A stretch of DNA of 64,000 bases from Gemmatimonas sp. (lineage in GTDB: Bacteria > Gemmatimonadota > Gemmatimonadetes > Gemmatimonadales > Gemmatimonadaceae): the NCBI GenBank assembly GCA_965279375.1, contig OZ257156.1:2752001-2816000 (forward strand), given 5' to 3'. Position numbers and translations under genes: made by a program. Shown piece after piece: positions 9,677-18,660 of this stretch. Below the pieces are notes generated by a model that saw only the letters and a program-made list of their open reading frames with translations, did no database searches and was not told where the DNA came from. Each line of letters opens with the position of its first letter. Positions within the stretch are counted from its first letter, which is position 1.

Positions 9677-12097
9677 GTGCGCGTGCGACTGATCTCGCTC
9701 CGCCTACAGAACTTCCGTCAGCATGCTGATACGCGTCTGACGTTCGATCGCGGTCTGACGGGCATCATCGGCCCCAATGGATCCGGCAAGTCCACTCTTC
9801 TCGAAGCGATCGCGTGGGCGCTCTACGGCAACGCGGCTGCGCGCGGCACCCGCGATTCGATTCGCTTCTCGCGCGCCGCTGCACGCGCTTCTGTGCGCGT
9901 GGAACTGGAGTTCGAGCTGGCGGGACATCGCTATCGCGTCGTGCGCGGACTCACCAGCGCCGAGTGCTTCCTCGACGGTGGCGAGACGCCGATCGCGAAT
10001 ACGATCTCGGGTGTCAGCGAACTGTTGCAACGCCGGCTCGGCATGTCGCGCGCCGAGTTCTTTCACACCTACTTCACTGGCCAGAAAGAACTCGATGTCA
10101 TGGCCGCGCTTGGGCCCGCCGAGCGCGCGCGCTTTCTCTCGCGCGTACTGGGCTACGATCGCATTACAACCGCGCAGGAGCTCGTGCGCGAACGGCGGCG
10201 TGCGCTCACCGCCGAGCTGAATGGACTCAAGCAGGCGATGCCGGACCGCGAGACGGTGCATCGCAACGTCGCCGACGCCGAGACGCGCCTACGCGCCGCA
10301 CAAGCGCGTTTGCGCGATGCGCAGTTGCAGTACACGGCTGCCACGCAGTCGCTCGCAGCTGTCTCTCCACGTTGGACGGTGGCGCAGTCGGAGCGGGAAC
10401 GCGCGCAGCAGCTCTTGGCCGAGCGGCGCCTCGCCGAGAACGACGTCAGTTCGTTCACGCGCGATCTGGAGCGGTTGGCGCAGGAGACATCGGCGATAGA
10501 GTCGGCGCAGCAGGAGCTGGCGCCGTTGCTCGTGACGCTGGCGCCGTTGGCGACGATGCAGGCGGAGCTGCTCGAGTTCGATCGGCTGGCCGCTGCAGAC
10601 TCCACTCGGCAAACGCTCGTGGAACGCGCGCGCGCACTCAACGAGGAAGACGCGCGCTACGCGGAGCGCATGACCAAGCTGGAAACGGCCCCGGCACTCG
10701 AAGTCGAGACGCAGAAGCAGCTGACCACCGCGCGGGCGCAGCTTGTCGCGGTGGAGCAATCGCTGGAGACGGAGCGGACTGCGTGGGTGCGCGACAAGCA
10801 GGAGGCCGAGACTCGGTTGGAGTCGTTGCGCACGCAGTACACCGAGCTGACCGAGCAGCGCGACACGCTCGAGGGGTTGGGGGAGGAGAGTCCGTGCCCC
10901 ACCTGCGGGCGTCCACTCGGTGCCTCGTATCGCAGCGTGCTTGAACTGCTCACGGAGCAGGTCGAAGTGGTCCGCACCGATGGCAACTACTATCGGCAGC
11001 GCGTGGAGCAGCTGAGGCGCACACCAGAGGTTGTGGAAACGCTCGACGAGCAGCGCAAGGCGGCGCAGCAGGACGTGTCCAGCAGCGAGCGACGGTTAGG
11101 GAAGATTCAGGACGCGGTCAAGGAGCTCGCCGAACTGGGCAAGCAGCGAGCGGATCGCGCCAAGCTCCTCGAAGAAGCGCGCGCGACCGTGGCAGCCTTG
11201 CCGACCGGGTACGATGCCGCACGCCACGCGACGCATCGGGTGGATGTGGCGCGCCTGAGCGAAGTCAGCACGCGCGCCGCCCGTCTCTCGGGACTGGTGG
11301 AGCGAGCGGGCACCACGCAGATCGAGCGTGAGCGCGTGCGCGCGCTACGCGACAGCGCGATGACCAAGGTGCAGACGCTCGAAGAGCAGGCCGGATCCCT
11401 GCCGCAGGGCGACACCGACTACCTCGCGATTCGTGATGCGTTCGAGCAGGCCGAGCTTCAGGCGCGGCGCGCGGAGCTGGAGTCGGTGAGCGCGACGGCG
11501 GAAGTCACGCGCACAAGCAGCGAAGTCGAGAACGCCCAACGGGTGCGTGTGGAGCTGATGCGATTGGAAGAGTCGCAACAGCGACTCGAGTCGGAACGCC
11601 GGCTACACGATGAGCTCGATCGCGCGTTCACCGACCTGCGCACCGACCTCAACTTCCAGCTGCGTCCGGAGCTGGCCGAAATCGCCAGTGGGTTCCTCGA
11701 CTCCCTGACTGACGGGCGATACAACGCCCTCGAGTTCGATGAGGACTACAACCTGCTGGTGCTGGAGGAGGGCGTGCCCAAGCCCGTCATCTCCGGTGGT
11801 GAAGAAGATCTGTGCAATCTCGTGTTGCGTCTGGCCATTTCCCAGATGATCGCCGAGCGCGCGGGACAGGCCTTCTCGCTGCTGATTCTGGATGAAGTCT
11901 TCGGTTCGCTGGATGATACTCGGCGCGGCAACGTGATCGACCTGCTGCGTCGCCTGAACGATCGCTTCGAACAGGTGATCGTGATTACACATATCGAGCA
12001 GGTGCGGGAGGGACTGGATCGGGTGCTCGTGGTGCGCTTCGACGAGGAACGCGGCACGAGCGTCGTGACCGCGGGGACGGAGGCGCTGGTCGAGTAG
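9677..12097 (+). CDS. sbcC: SbcC/Rad50-family SMC-like ATPase
   Basis: Walker A GPNGSGKST, long coiled coil, zinc hook CPTCG, signature ISGGEE, Walker B LILDEVFGSLD, VITH. Start may be GTG 9683. Confidence 0.92.
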   Translation: MRVRLISLRLQNFRQHADTRLTFDRGLTGIIGPNGSGKSTLLEAIAWALYGNAAARGTRDSIRFSRAAARASVRVELEFELAGHRYRVVRGLTSAECFLDGGETPIANTISGVSELLQRRLGMSRAEFFHTYFTGQKELDVMAALGPAERARFLSRVLGYDRITTAQELVRERRRALTAELNGLKQAMPDRETVHRNVADAETRLRAAQARLRDAQLQYTAATQSLAAVSPRWTVAQSERERAQQLLAERRLAENDVSSFTRDLERLAQETSAIESAQQELAPLLVTLAPLATMQAELLEFDRLAAADSTRQTLVERARALNEEDARYAERMTKLETAPALEVETQKQLTTARAQLVAVEQSLETERTAWVRDKQEAETRLESLRTQYTELTEQRDTLEGLGEESPCPTCGRPLGASYRSVLELLTEQVEVVRTDGNYYRQRVEQLRRTPEVVETLDEQRKAAQQDVSSSERRLGKIQDAVKELAELGKQRADRAKLLEEARATVAALPTGYDAARHATHRVDVARLSEVSTRAARLSGLVERAGTTQIERERVRALRDSAMTKVQTLEEQAGSLPQGDTDYLAIRDAFEQAELQARRAELESVSATAEVTRTSSEVENAQRVRVELMRLEESQQRLESERRLHDELDRAFTDLRTDLNFQLRPELAEIASGFLDSLTDGRYNALEFDEDYNLLVLEEGVPKPVISGGEEDLCNLVLRLAISQMIAERAGQAFSLLILDEVFGSLDDTRRGNVIDLLRRLNDRFEQVIVITHIEQVREGLDRVLVVRFDEERGTSVVTAGTEALVE

Positions 12098-12167
12098 TCG
12101 CTTCTCCAGCACGTCAATACGTCTACTCGTTCATCACGCGGAAGCGCCGCCGCAGCACGGTAGTACG

Positions 12168-13055
12168 CTACGATTGCTTCCCGGTCTCGCTGGTCGGCGC
12201 TTCGTAGCGCGCGACGCCAAGACGCCCCTGTTTGGCGACGTACATCGCGGAATCGGCGAGCTTGCACAACGTTTCGGCCGTGGTGCCGTCGTCAGGGAAG
12301 ACGGCGACGCCTACGCTCGCGCCAACGGACACGCGGAGTTCGTCGATCTCGCACGGCTGGGCGACGTGATCCACGAGCGCGGTGGCGAACTGGATCGCGG
12401 CCGCATCATGCTGCAGCTCGAGCATGAGAATCAGGAACTCGTCGCCACCCCGTCGCCCGACGCTGTCGCCGCCACGCACAAAGCTGCTCAGCCGCTGCGC
12501 GACTACTTGCAGTACGCGATCACCGATGTCGTGGCCATGCGTATCGTTGATCAGCTTGAACCCGTCCAGGTCGAGAAAGAGGACGGCTAGCCGCCATTCA
12601 TGACGTCGCGCCTGCTCCAGCGCCGTTTCCAGACGATCGGCAAACAGCGTGGCGTTTGGGAGCTCCGTGACGGCGTCGTGCAGCGCGCGATGTCGCGCCG
12701 CCTCCTCGGAGGCTCTGCTTTCCAGCAGCGCCGAATCGCTCTCTGATACGCGGAGCTCGAGGGCGTCGCGCTCGGCGACTTCCTCCACCAGCGCTTCCTT
12801 GACCGCGACGAGTTCCTGCGCCGCTTGCTGCACCTTGGTCTCGACAACGACACTCTGCAGGAGCGCCTGCTCCACCTCGATCGATGGCGGATTGGCCGCA
12901 ACGTCGTTGGAGAGAGCAGCGTTCACACGCGCGAGATCCTGCGCCGCTTCCTCGACCTTTTCTTTGACTTGCTCGCTCCGGTCGATGGCGCGATGCAGCG
13001 GCGGCGTGTGAGGGGGCAGCGGCGTGGGAGGGGGCGTACGGTGGCTTCGTGACAT
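12168..13055 (-). CDS. Diguanylate cyclase (GGDEF) with N-terminal coiled coil
   Basis: HDAVTELPN, FLDLDGFKLINDTHGHDIGD, RGGD I-site followed by GGDEF, ADSAMY. ATG 13055 has an AGGAG upstream. Confidence 0.9.
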   Translation of the reverse strand: MSRSHRTPPPTPLPPHTPPLHRAIDRSEQVKEKVEEAAQDLARVNAALSNDVAANPPSIEVEQALLQSVVVETKVQQAAQELVAVKEALVEEVAERDALELRVSESDSALLESRASEEAARHRALHDAVTELPNATLFADRLETALEQARRHEWRLAVLFLDLDGFKLINDTHGHDIGDRVLQVVAQRLSSFVRGGDSVGRRGGDEFLILMLELQHDAAAIQFATALVDHVAQPCEIDELRVSVGASVGVAVFPDDGTTAETLCKLADSAMYVAKQGRLGVARYEAPTSETGKQS

Positions 13056-13332
13056 CGCGCCTGCGCTCCTGCAGAGGTCGTCCAGCGATCGTTCAAAGCG
13101 GTCAAGAGGTCGTCGGTCGATCATCGGCCACGAAGACCCCGAGTCGGACCGTCTCGCCGCCCGTTTCCTGCGGCGGCTCCTGCACGACACCTCAGGGAAG
13201 GTAGCCTCGCGCGCATGCGGACATCGCATGCTGACATCGCATGCGGACACGCTGGCAGGCGATATTTCCGACTCGAGCGGGCTCGCGGCAAACTGGTGCG
13301 TGAGTCTTGCGAATACCGTCGCCTCGTTTGCC

Positions 13333-14274
13333 ATGACGCCAACTCGCCTTCAACGATCGCTTCGCGCGTGCGCCGCGATGTCCGCGCTGCTTGCGGTGAC
13401 AGGCACTGCCCAATCCGCAGGAGCGCAGCCCAACGTCATTCCGCATCGTGTGTGGGAGGCAACGCCACCGCTCGGCTATGCGGCCGACGCCACACGACGA
13501 AACAAGCGTGCAGGCGACTCGCTTGCCTTTCGTGAATTGATCGTGTCGGTGCTCGCCACGCGAGTGGATTCGAGCGGGCCCAAGCCGGTCGATGTGGCAC
13601 AACTGCGTCTCACACTGGGCAACGCATCCGAGACGCGGAATGCACGCGAAGGATCGGCGTTCAATTGGCGCGGATACCACGTGGCCGTCGTGGCAGTGTA
13701 CGGCCCTGGTGAACTCGGCGCGGGGCTCGCGGCTCTGGAGGTCGCGACGATCGCCTCGCTGCCACCAGCGATTGCCTCGTCGGACAGTGCCGGGGGCGCC
13801 GCCATGCGACTGCGCATTCCGCATCGCATCTCGTACGTCACGCTGCATCACACCGGCGATGCGCGGCCGCTTCTGCCCACCGACGACCCCGCGGCGAAGT
13901 TGCGCGCGTTGCAGACGTGGGGCGCTCGCGATCGAAACTGGTGGGATGTGCCGTATCACTTTCTGCTCGACCTCGATGGCCGCGCGTTCGAAGGCCGTGA
14001 CTGGCATTTCATGGGCGAGACCAATACCGCGTACGATCCAGGCGGCCACTTTCTCATCAGCGTTATTGGCAACTACGACCTGCAGGAACCCACAGCGGCA
14101 CAGCTCAACGCGATTGCCGATCTGATGGCGTGGGCCGTTCGAGAGTTCGACGTGCCATTGGGGCGCATTGGCGGCCACTACAACTACGCCGACTCCGGAT
14201 GCCCGGGGAAGGCGCTGCGGCGCTATCTCGAGGACGGCACCTTCCGGCGCATGGTCGCGGATCGGCTGCGCTAG
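13333..14274 (+). CDS. Secreted N-acetylmuramoyl-L-alanine amidase (Amidase_2/PGRP-like)
   Basis: Signal peptide; TLHHTG, WWDVPYHFL, FEGR, GGH...SGCPG Zn ligands. Confidence 0.82.
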   Translation: MTPTRLQRSLRACAAMSALLAVTGTAQSAGAQPNVIPHRVWEATPPLGYAADATRRNKRAGDSLAFRELIVSVLATRVDSSGPKPVDVAQLRLTLGNASETRNAREGSAFNWRGYHVAVVAVYGPGELGAGLAALEVATIASLPPAIASSDSAGGAAMRLRIPHRISYVTLHHTGDARPLLPTDDPAAKLRALQTWGARDRNWWDVPYHFLLDLDGRAFEGRDWHFMGETNTAYDPGGHFLISVIGNYDLQEPTAAQLNAIADLMAWAVREFDVPLGRIGGHYNYADSGCPGKALRRYLEDGTFRRMVADRLR

Positions 14275-14457
14275 CCGAGGTGGGGCCGCCACAGCGGAAT
14301 CGCAACAGCGCCCTCGGGGAATCGCGGGTGTTCCGCCGAAGTGGCATCGGGTTCCTCGACGCCCCACGCGACTTGCGCTACAATGACTTCAGTTGGCCAC
14401 GCGGCATTGCCCATCGACGCACGGTGCCGCACGAACGAGCGCTCCGAACCGGTTCAC

Positions 14458-15435
14458 GTGACAGCCACTCCACGCAGCTGGCGCAGTACCCGTCCCGTCG
14501 AGGGGCCCTTCGTTGCCTCCGTGCAGGACATCGACGGACTCAACGATGTCTTCTCCGACGCGTTCACCGAGCGCTACCGGCGCGACGGACTCACTGGCGT
14601 GCGCGTTCCGCCGCTCAATCCGTCCATCTGGCGCTACGCCATTGAAGATGCGGGCGATGGCGCGCTCTGCTGGCGCGACGAGCGCGGACGGATTGCGGCC
14701 TTCAACATCGTGCACCATTCAGGAACCGAAGGCTGGATGGGTCCGCTCTGTGTGCGTCCGGATCAGCAGGGCGCCGGACTCGGCAAGATCATCGTGCAGA
14801 GCGGCATGAACTGGCTGCGGAAGAACGAGGCCAAGGTCATTGGGTTGGAAACGATGCCGCGGACGATGGACAACATCGGCTTCTACTCGAATCTTGGCTT
14901 CGTCCCCGGCTATCTGACCGTCACGCTGACGCTCGATGCGGTTGCCGGTGATCGCGCGCCCACGTTGCTCTCGCGCTTCAACGCGGCGGACAAGAGTCTC
15001 GTGTTCGAGCGCTGTCGCGAGCTGACGCAGAGCGTGATGCCGGGCTACGACTTCACGCGCGAGCTCGAACTTACCGATCGTCTTGAACTCGGCGACACGC
15101 TGCTGCTGGGGACGCCGGACGCGTTGCGCGGATTTGCACTCTGTCACACCGCACCGCTGGTGGAAGGTCGCGCCCGTGACGAACTGCGTGTGCTCAAGCT
15201 CGTGCTCTCCAAGCGCACCGATTTGCCGCAGATGCTGGGCGCGCTCACCGATCTGGCGCGGCGCAGCGGTGCGCGACGGCTCGCGGTGCGACTACAGGGA
15301 GACTATCCCGACGCGTATCGCACCTTCGTGGCGCTCGGCGCGCGGGTGCGCTGGACCGATCTGCGCATGAGTGCCACCGGGTGGAGCGAAGTTGCGCCGA
15401 CCGACGGGATGGTGCTGTCGAACTGGGAGATTTGA
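14458..15435 (+). CDS. GNAT-family N-acetyltransferase (probably two domains)
   Basis: GPLCVRPDQQGAGLGK acetyl-CoA motif, NIGFYSNLGF. Start uncertain (14341-14458). Confidence 0.8.
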   Translation: MTATPRSWRSTRPVEGPFVASVQDIDGLNDVFSDAFTERYRRDGLTGVRVPPLNPSIWRYAIEDAGDGALCWRDERGRIAAFNIVHHSGTEGWMGPLCVRPDQQGAGLGKIIVQSGMNWLRKNEAKVIGLETMPRTMDNIGFYSNLGFVPGYLTVTLTLDAVAGDRAPTLLSRFNAADKSLVFERCRELTQSVMPGYDFTRELELTDRLELGDTLLLGTPDALRGFALCHTAPLVEGRARDELRVLKLVLSKRTDLPQMLGALTDLARRSGARRLAVRLQGDYPDAYRTFVALGARVRWTDLRMSATGWSEVAPTDGMVLSNWEI

Positions 15436-15476
15436 CGCGCGATCCGGCACGAGTCGGAGAGCGCGCGACGAGTCGA

Positions 15477-15668
15477 TCAGCGCTTCGGCGACGTCTGGCT
15501 GCCCGACGCGGTGGACTGTGCACGTGTCCCGCGGATCACGATGCGCCAGATCAGCAGAAACACGCCGGCAGTGAGTAGCAAATGCACGAAGCCGGGCGCC
15601 TCTGTGGTCATCGTGATTCCAGCCCAGGCTGCAAGCATCACAACCGCAACAATTGTTAACGGATCCAT
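15477..15668 (-). CDS. Small two-TM membrane protein (lmo0937/DUF5670-like)
   Basis: 63 aa; two hydrophobic helices separated by PGFVHLLL. Confidence 0.6.
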   Translation of the reverse strand: MDPLTIVAVVMLAAWAGITMTTEAPGFVHLLLTAGVFLLIWRIVIRGTRAQSTASGSQTSPKR

Positions 15669-15682
15669 AGGTCTTGGTCGGA

Positions 15683-15712
15683 TTGCGCGCCGCGCGGCGC
15701 AGGTGATACCTT
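15683..15712 (+). promoter_or_regulatory. Putative sigma70 promoter of the 6S-like RNA
   Basis: TTGCGC (15683-88), 18-nt spacer, TACCTT (15707-12) with extended -10 TG. Confidence 0.5.
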
Positions 15713-15718
15713 CGTGGA

Positions 15719-15880
15719 AGCTCGGGTACGGAGAGATTTACTTCTTGAGCCGATAAGTCCATAGAGAAGGCGCGACAAACTGTGTAAACGTCACGCCCCA
15801 GTGCGGGGAAGGCGGAAGCGTGGTGAGTGCCTTATTTGTATTCTTTGGGCTTCAAGATCACCTCTCCCTGCCCGTATTTT
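15719..15880 (+). ncRNA. ssrS: 6S RNA-like ncRNA
   Basis: Rod formed by CGGGUA/UGCCCG, GGAGAG/CUCUCC, UCUUGA/UCAAGA and GCC/GGC, then an AU-rich central bubble and AGGCGC/GUGCCU. UUGAGCCGAUA and GGGCUUCAAG resemble the 6S segments flanking the bubble. Confidence 0.75.
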
Positions 15881-15882
15881 TC

Positions 15883-15910
15883 CGAAAACCCCGCTCTGGC
15901 GGGGTTTTCG
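15883..15910. terminator. Intrinsic terminator-like hairpin, potentially bidirectional
   Basis: CGAAAACCCCGC-TCTG-GCGGGGTTTTCG, a perfect 12-bp inverted repeat. Confidence 0.8.
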
Positions 15911-16049
15911 CGTTCGTGGCGACGCCTCGCAATCGTGGGAACGTGCCCGTTGAACGAGGGGTTTAGATCGGACGGGTGTTGCCGGCAGCCCGTGTAGTAC
16001 GCGACTCGAGTGGTCGCCATCCTTCCTGATGTCCCGGCTGAGGAGTCTC

Positions 16050-16463
16050 ATGGCTATCGTGACGGTCACGCGTCTGTTGCGCTTCAATGCAGCGCATCGC
16101 GTGCACAACCCCGCCCTCTCCGATGAGGAGAACACCCGCCTGTTCGGCAAGTGCAACAACCCGAACTGGCACGGGCACAATTACACGCTCGAAGTCTCTG
16201 TGCGTGGTCCGGTGGATGAACGCACGGGATACGTCATCGATCTGGGCGCGCTGCGCGACATCGTCGAGCGCGACGTCATCGAGCAGACGGATCATCGCAA
16301 CTTCAACATCGATGTCGGCTACATGCACGGGATCATTCCGACGACCGAGAACGTTGTTGTAGCCATGTGGCGCGTTTTGGCGCCCGTCGTCGCGCCCGGC
16401 CAGCTCGTTCGACTGCGCCTGTGGGAAACGGAAAACAACTACGTGGACTATGAAGGGGAATAG
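16050..16463 (+). CDS. 6-pyruvoyl-tetrahydropterin synthase family (PTPS-II-like, C-x5-HGH)
   Basis: [54 protein letters not shown]. Confidence 0.92.
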   Translation: MAIVTVTRLLRFNAAHRVHNPALSDEENTRLFGKCNNPNWHGHNYTLEVSVRGPVDERTGYVIDLGALRDIVERDVIEQTDHRNFNIDVGYMHGIIPTTENVVVAMWRVLAPVVAPGQLVRLRLWETENNYVDYEGE

Positions 16464-17103
16464 GATCGTGCTGCGTGCACCGACCGCACCCATGGTCGGA
16501 GAGGATTCCGACGATATGATCGCCAATGGCGATCGCATGGTGGACTTCGAAAACGTCATCCGTCGCCAGTTGGAATTGCTTGGCGAGGATCCGGAGCGCG
16601 AGGGACTGCTCAAGACGCCGAGCCGCGTGGCCAAGGCGCTGTCCTGGCTCACGCGCGGCTATGAGCTGGACCCCAAGGAAGTCATCGGGGACGCGCTCTT
16701 CGCCGAGGCGCACGAAAACATGGTGATGGTCCGCGACATCGAGATGTACTCGATGTGCGAGCATCACATGTTGCCGTTCTTCGGGAAGGTGCACATCGCC
16801 TACATCCCCAACGGCAAGATCGTCGGCCTCTCCAAGCTGCCGCGCGTCGTGGAAGTCTTCGCGCGTCGCCTGCAGGTGCAGGAGCGACTCGGCGAACAGA
16901 TTGCCAACGCGCTCGACGAAGTGCTGCAGCCCAAGGGTGTCGGTGTGGTCATCGAAGCCGTACACTTGTGCATGATGATGCGCGGCGTGGAGAAGCAGAG
17001 TTCGCGCACCATCACGTCGTCGCTGCGCGGTCAGTTCCGCGACGACGCCAAGACGCGCAGTGAGTTCCTGCGTCTCGCACATGGGCGGGGCGATCAGTAC
17101 TGA
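16450..17103 (+). CDS. folE: GTP cyclohydrolase I
   Basis: [43 protein letters not shown]. Confidence 0.96.
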   Translation: MKGNRIVLRAPTAPMVGEDSDDMIANGDRMVDFENVIRRQLELLGEDPEREGLLKTPSRVAKALSWLTRGYELDPKEVIGDALFAEAHENMVMVRDIEMYSMCEHHMLPFFGKVHIAYIPNGKIVGLSKLPRVVEVFARRLQVQERLGEQIANALDEVLQPKGVGVVIEAVHLCMMMRGVEKQSSRTITSSLRGQFRDDAKTRSEFLRLAHGRGDQY

Positions 17104-17125
17104 GTAACCGCATAGCGAGGGTGCG

Positions 17126-17842
17126 ATGAATCTGGTGGGCCGCAGCGCTGTCATTTCCGGCGCCTCCCGTGGCATTGGCCGGGCCATCGCACAATCTCTC
17201 GCCTCAGACGGCGCCCGCGTTTATCTGCTCGCGCGCGGCGTGCCCGATCTGCGTGAAGCAGCGGCCGCGATTGGTCCGCTCGCCGTGCCCATCGTCTGCG
17301 ACGTAGCCGACACCGTCTCCGTGGGCGCCGCCGTCGCCGCGATCGCCGACAGCACGTTGCACGGCGCTCCGGACATCCTCGTCAACAACGCGGGGATGTT
17401 TCCGCTCGCTCCGCTCGATGTGCTCGACGCCGAGACCTTCGCTCGCACGGTGGACGTGAATCTGGTCGCGCCGTTTCGACTGCTGCGCGCACTGATCCCG
17501 GCGATGCGCGCGCGCGGCAGCGGTCACATCGTCACCATCGGCTCCGTCGCTGATCGCAGCATCTTCCCCGGCAACGGTGCCTACTCGGCGAGCAAATTCG
17601 GGCAGCGTGCGATGCACGAAGTGCTGCGCACCGAACTGCAGGGCTCAGGCATCCGCAGCACGATCATATCGCCGGCCGCGACTGACACGCCCATCTGGGA
17701 TCCCATCGATCCCGACAACCAGCCAGGATTTCCGTCGCGCGCCAGCATGCTGCGCCCCGCGGATGTCGCCGACGCCGTACGCTGGGCCGTCACCAGACCC
17801 GCGCACGTCAACATCGACGAGCTGCGTCTCTCCAGCAGCTGA
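17126..17842 (+). CDS. Short-chain dehydrogenase/reductase (SDR)
   Basis: SGASRGIG, LVNNAG, YSASK. Confidence 0.92.
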   Translation: MNLVGRSAVISGASRGIGRAIAQSLASDGARVYLLARGVPDLREAAAAIGPLAVPIVCDVADTVSVGAAVAAIADSTLHGAPDILVNNAGMFPLAPLDVLDAETFARTVDVNLVAPFRLLRALIPAMRARGSGHIVTIGSVADRSIFPGNGAYSASKFGQRAMHEVLRTELQGSGIRSTIISPAATDTPIWDPIDPDNQPGFPSRASMLRPADVADAVRWAVTRPAHVNIDELRLSSS

Positions 17843-17846
17843 TCGC

Positions 17847-18518
17847 GTGCGCGTAGACGTCATCGAACTGCTGCGCTGCCCGCGTCCCCATGCGCAGTCG
17901 CCACTGATCACCGTCGCTGATCGGCGCGATGGCGACAACCTGCTCGATGGCACACTCGGCTGCGTCGTGTGCGGCGCTGAGTACGCGCTCAGGGACGGCG
18001 TGGCGCATCTGGGTGGCGAGGTCTCACCCGAGGTCTTGGTTGACGCTGATATGGCCGCGTCGGTGTCACCGCCCGATCCACTGCGCGTTGCCGCGCTGCT
18101 CGGCCTCAGCGATGTCACCACGCGTGGTGTGCTCTGTGGTGCGCTGGCGAGCGCGTGCGGGCCGATCGAGGAGCTGACAGGCGCGCGGTGCCTGGCGGTC
18201 AACCCTCTCGTCGCATCGAACCAATCGCCGGACGCATTGGCTGCGAACGGTGTGCCCGCGACCGATACGATCCTGCTCGACGGGTATGGCCTGCTCCCAC
18301 TGCCCAACGGATCGCTGCAGGGGCTGGCGGTCGATGTCGTGCATCATGCGCTTCTCGCGGACGCGACGCGAGCGGTACGGCGCGGCGGGCGCGTCGTTGG
18401 GCCGGTCTCGGTAGCCGTGCCCGCAGGCTGCCGCGAGTTGGCCCGGGACGACGCGGAGTGGGTCGCCGAGGTTGAGACGACGTCAAGCGAGCCCGTGCGA
18501 ATTTCTCGCGCGCGCTGA
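17847..18518 (+). CDS. Hypothetical protein: Trm112-like N-terminus plus methyltransferase-like remnant
   Basis: ELLRCP...GTLGCVVCGAEYALRDGVAHL; C-terminal LPLPNGSL...TRAVRRGGRVV. Confidence 0.6.
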   Translation: MRVDVIELLRCPRPHAQSPLITVADRRDGDNLLDGTLGCVVCGAEYALRDGVAHLGGEVSPEVLVDADMAASVSPPDPLRVAALLGLSDVTTRGVLCGALASACGPIEELTGARCLAVNPLVASNQSPDALAANGVPATDTILLDGYGLLPLPNGSLQGLAVDVVHHALLADATRAVRRGGRVVGPVSVAVPAGCRELARDDAEWVAEVETTSSEPVRISRAR

Positions 18519-18660
18519 ACGCGCTCGCTGGGACGCATCGTTTGGCGGTTACGCCGTGGTCGATTGGCGTGCATTGTGGTGGTGCGTTCAGTATTGCCCT
18601 CCCGGCGCCAGCGCGTGGGCTGGTGCGCACTCCTTTCCCGCAAGCGAGTCTCGGAAAACC

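Noticed and set aside
13024..13334. Mutually overlapping N-terminal extensions of the GGDEF and amidase ORFs
   Set aside because: Better starts at 13055 (minus) and 13333 (plus) leave an ordinary divergent intergenic region.
15832..15861. Tiny minus-strand ORF (VILKPKEYK) with an SD-like GGGAGAG
   Set aside because: It is the antisense of the 3' arm of the 6S-like RNA, which explains the sequence better.
15911..16049. preQ1 riboswitch and a queD assignment
   Set aside because: No preQ1 consensus or A-rich tail seen; the enzyme has C-x5-HGH rather than C-x3-HGH.
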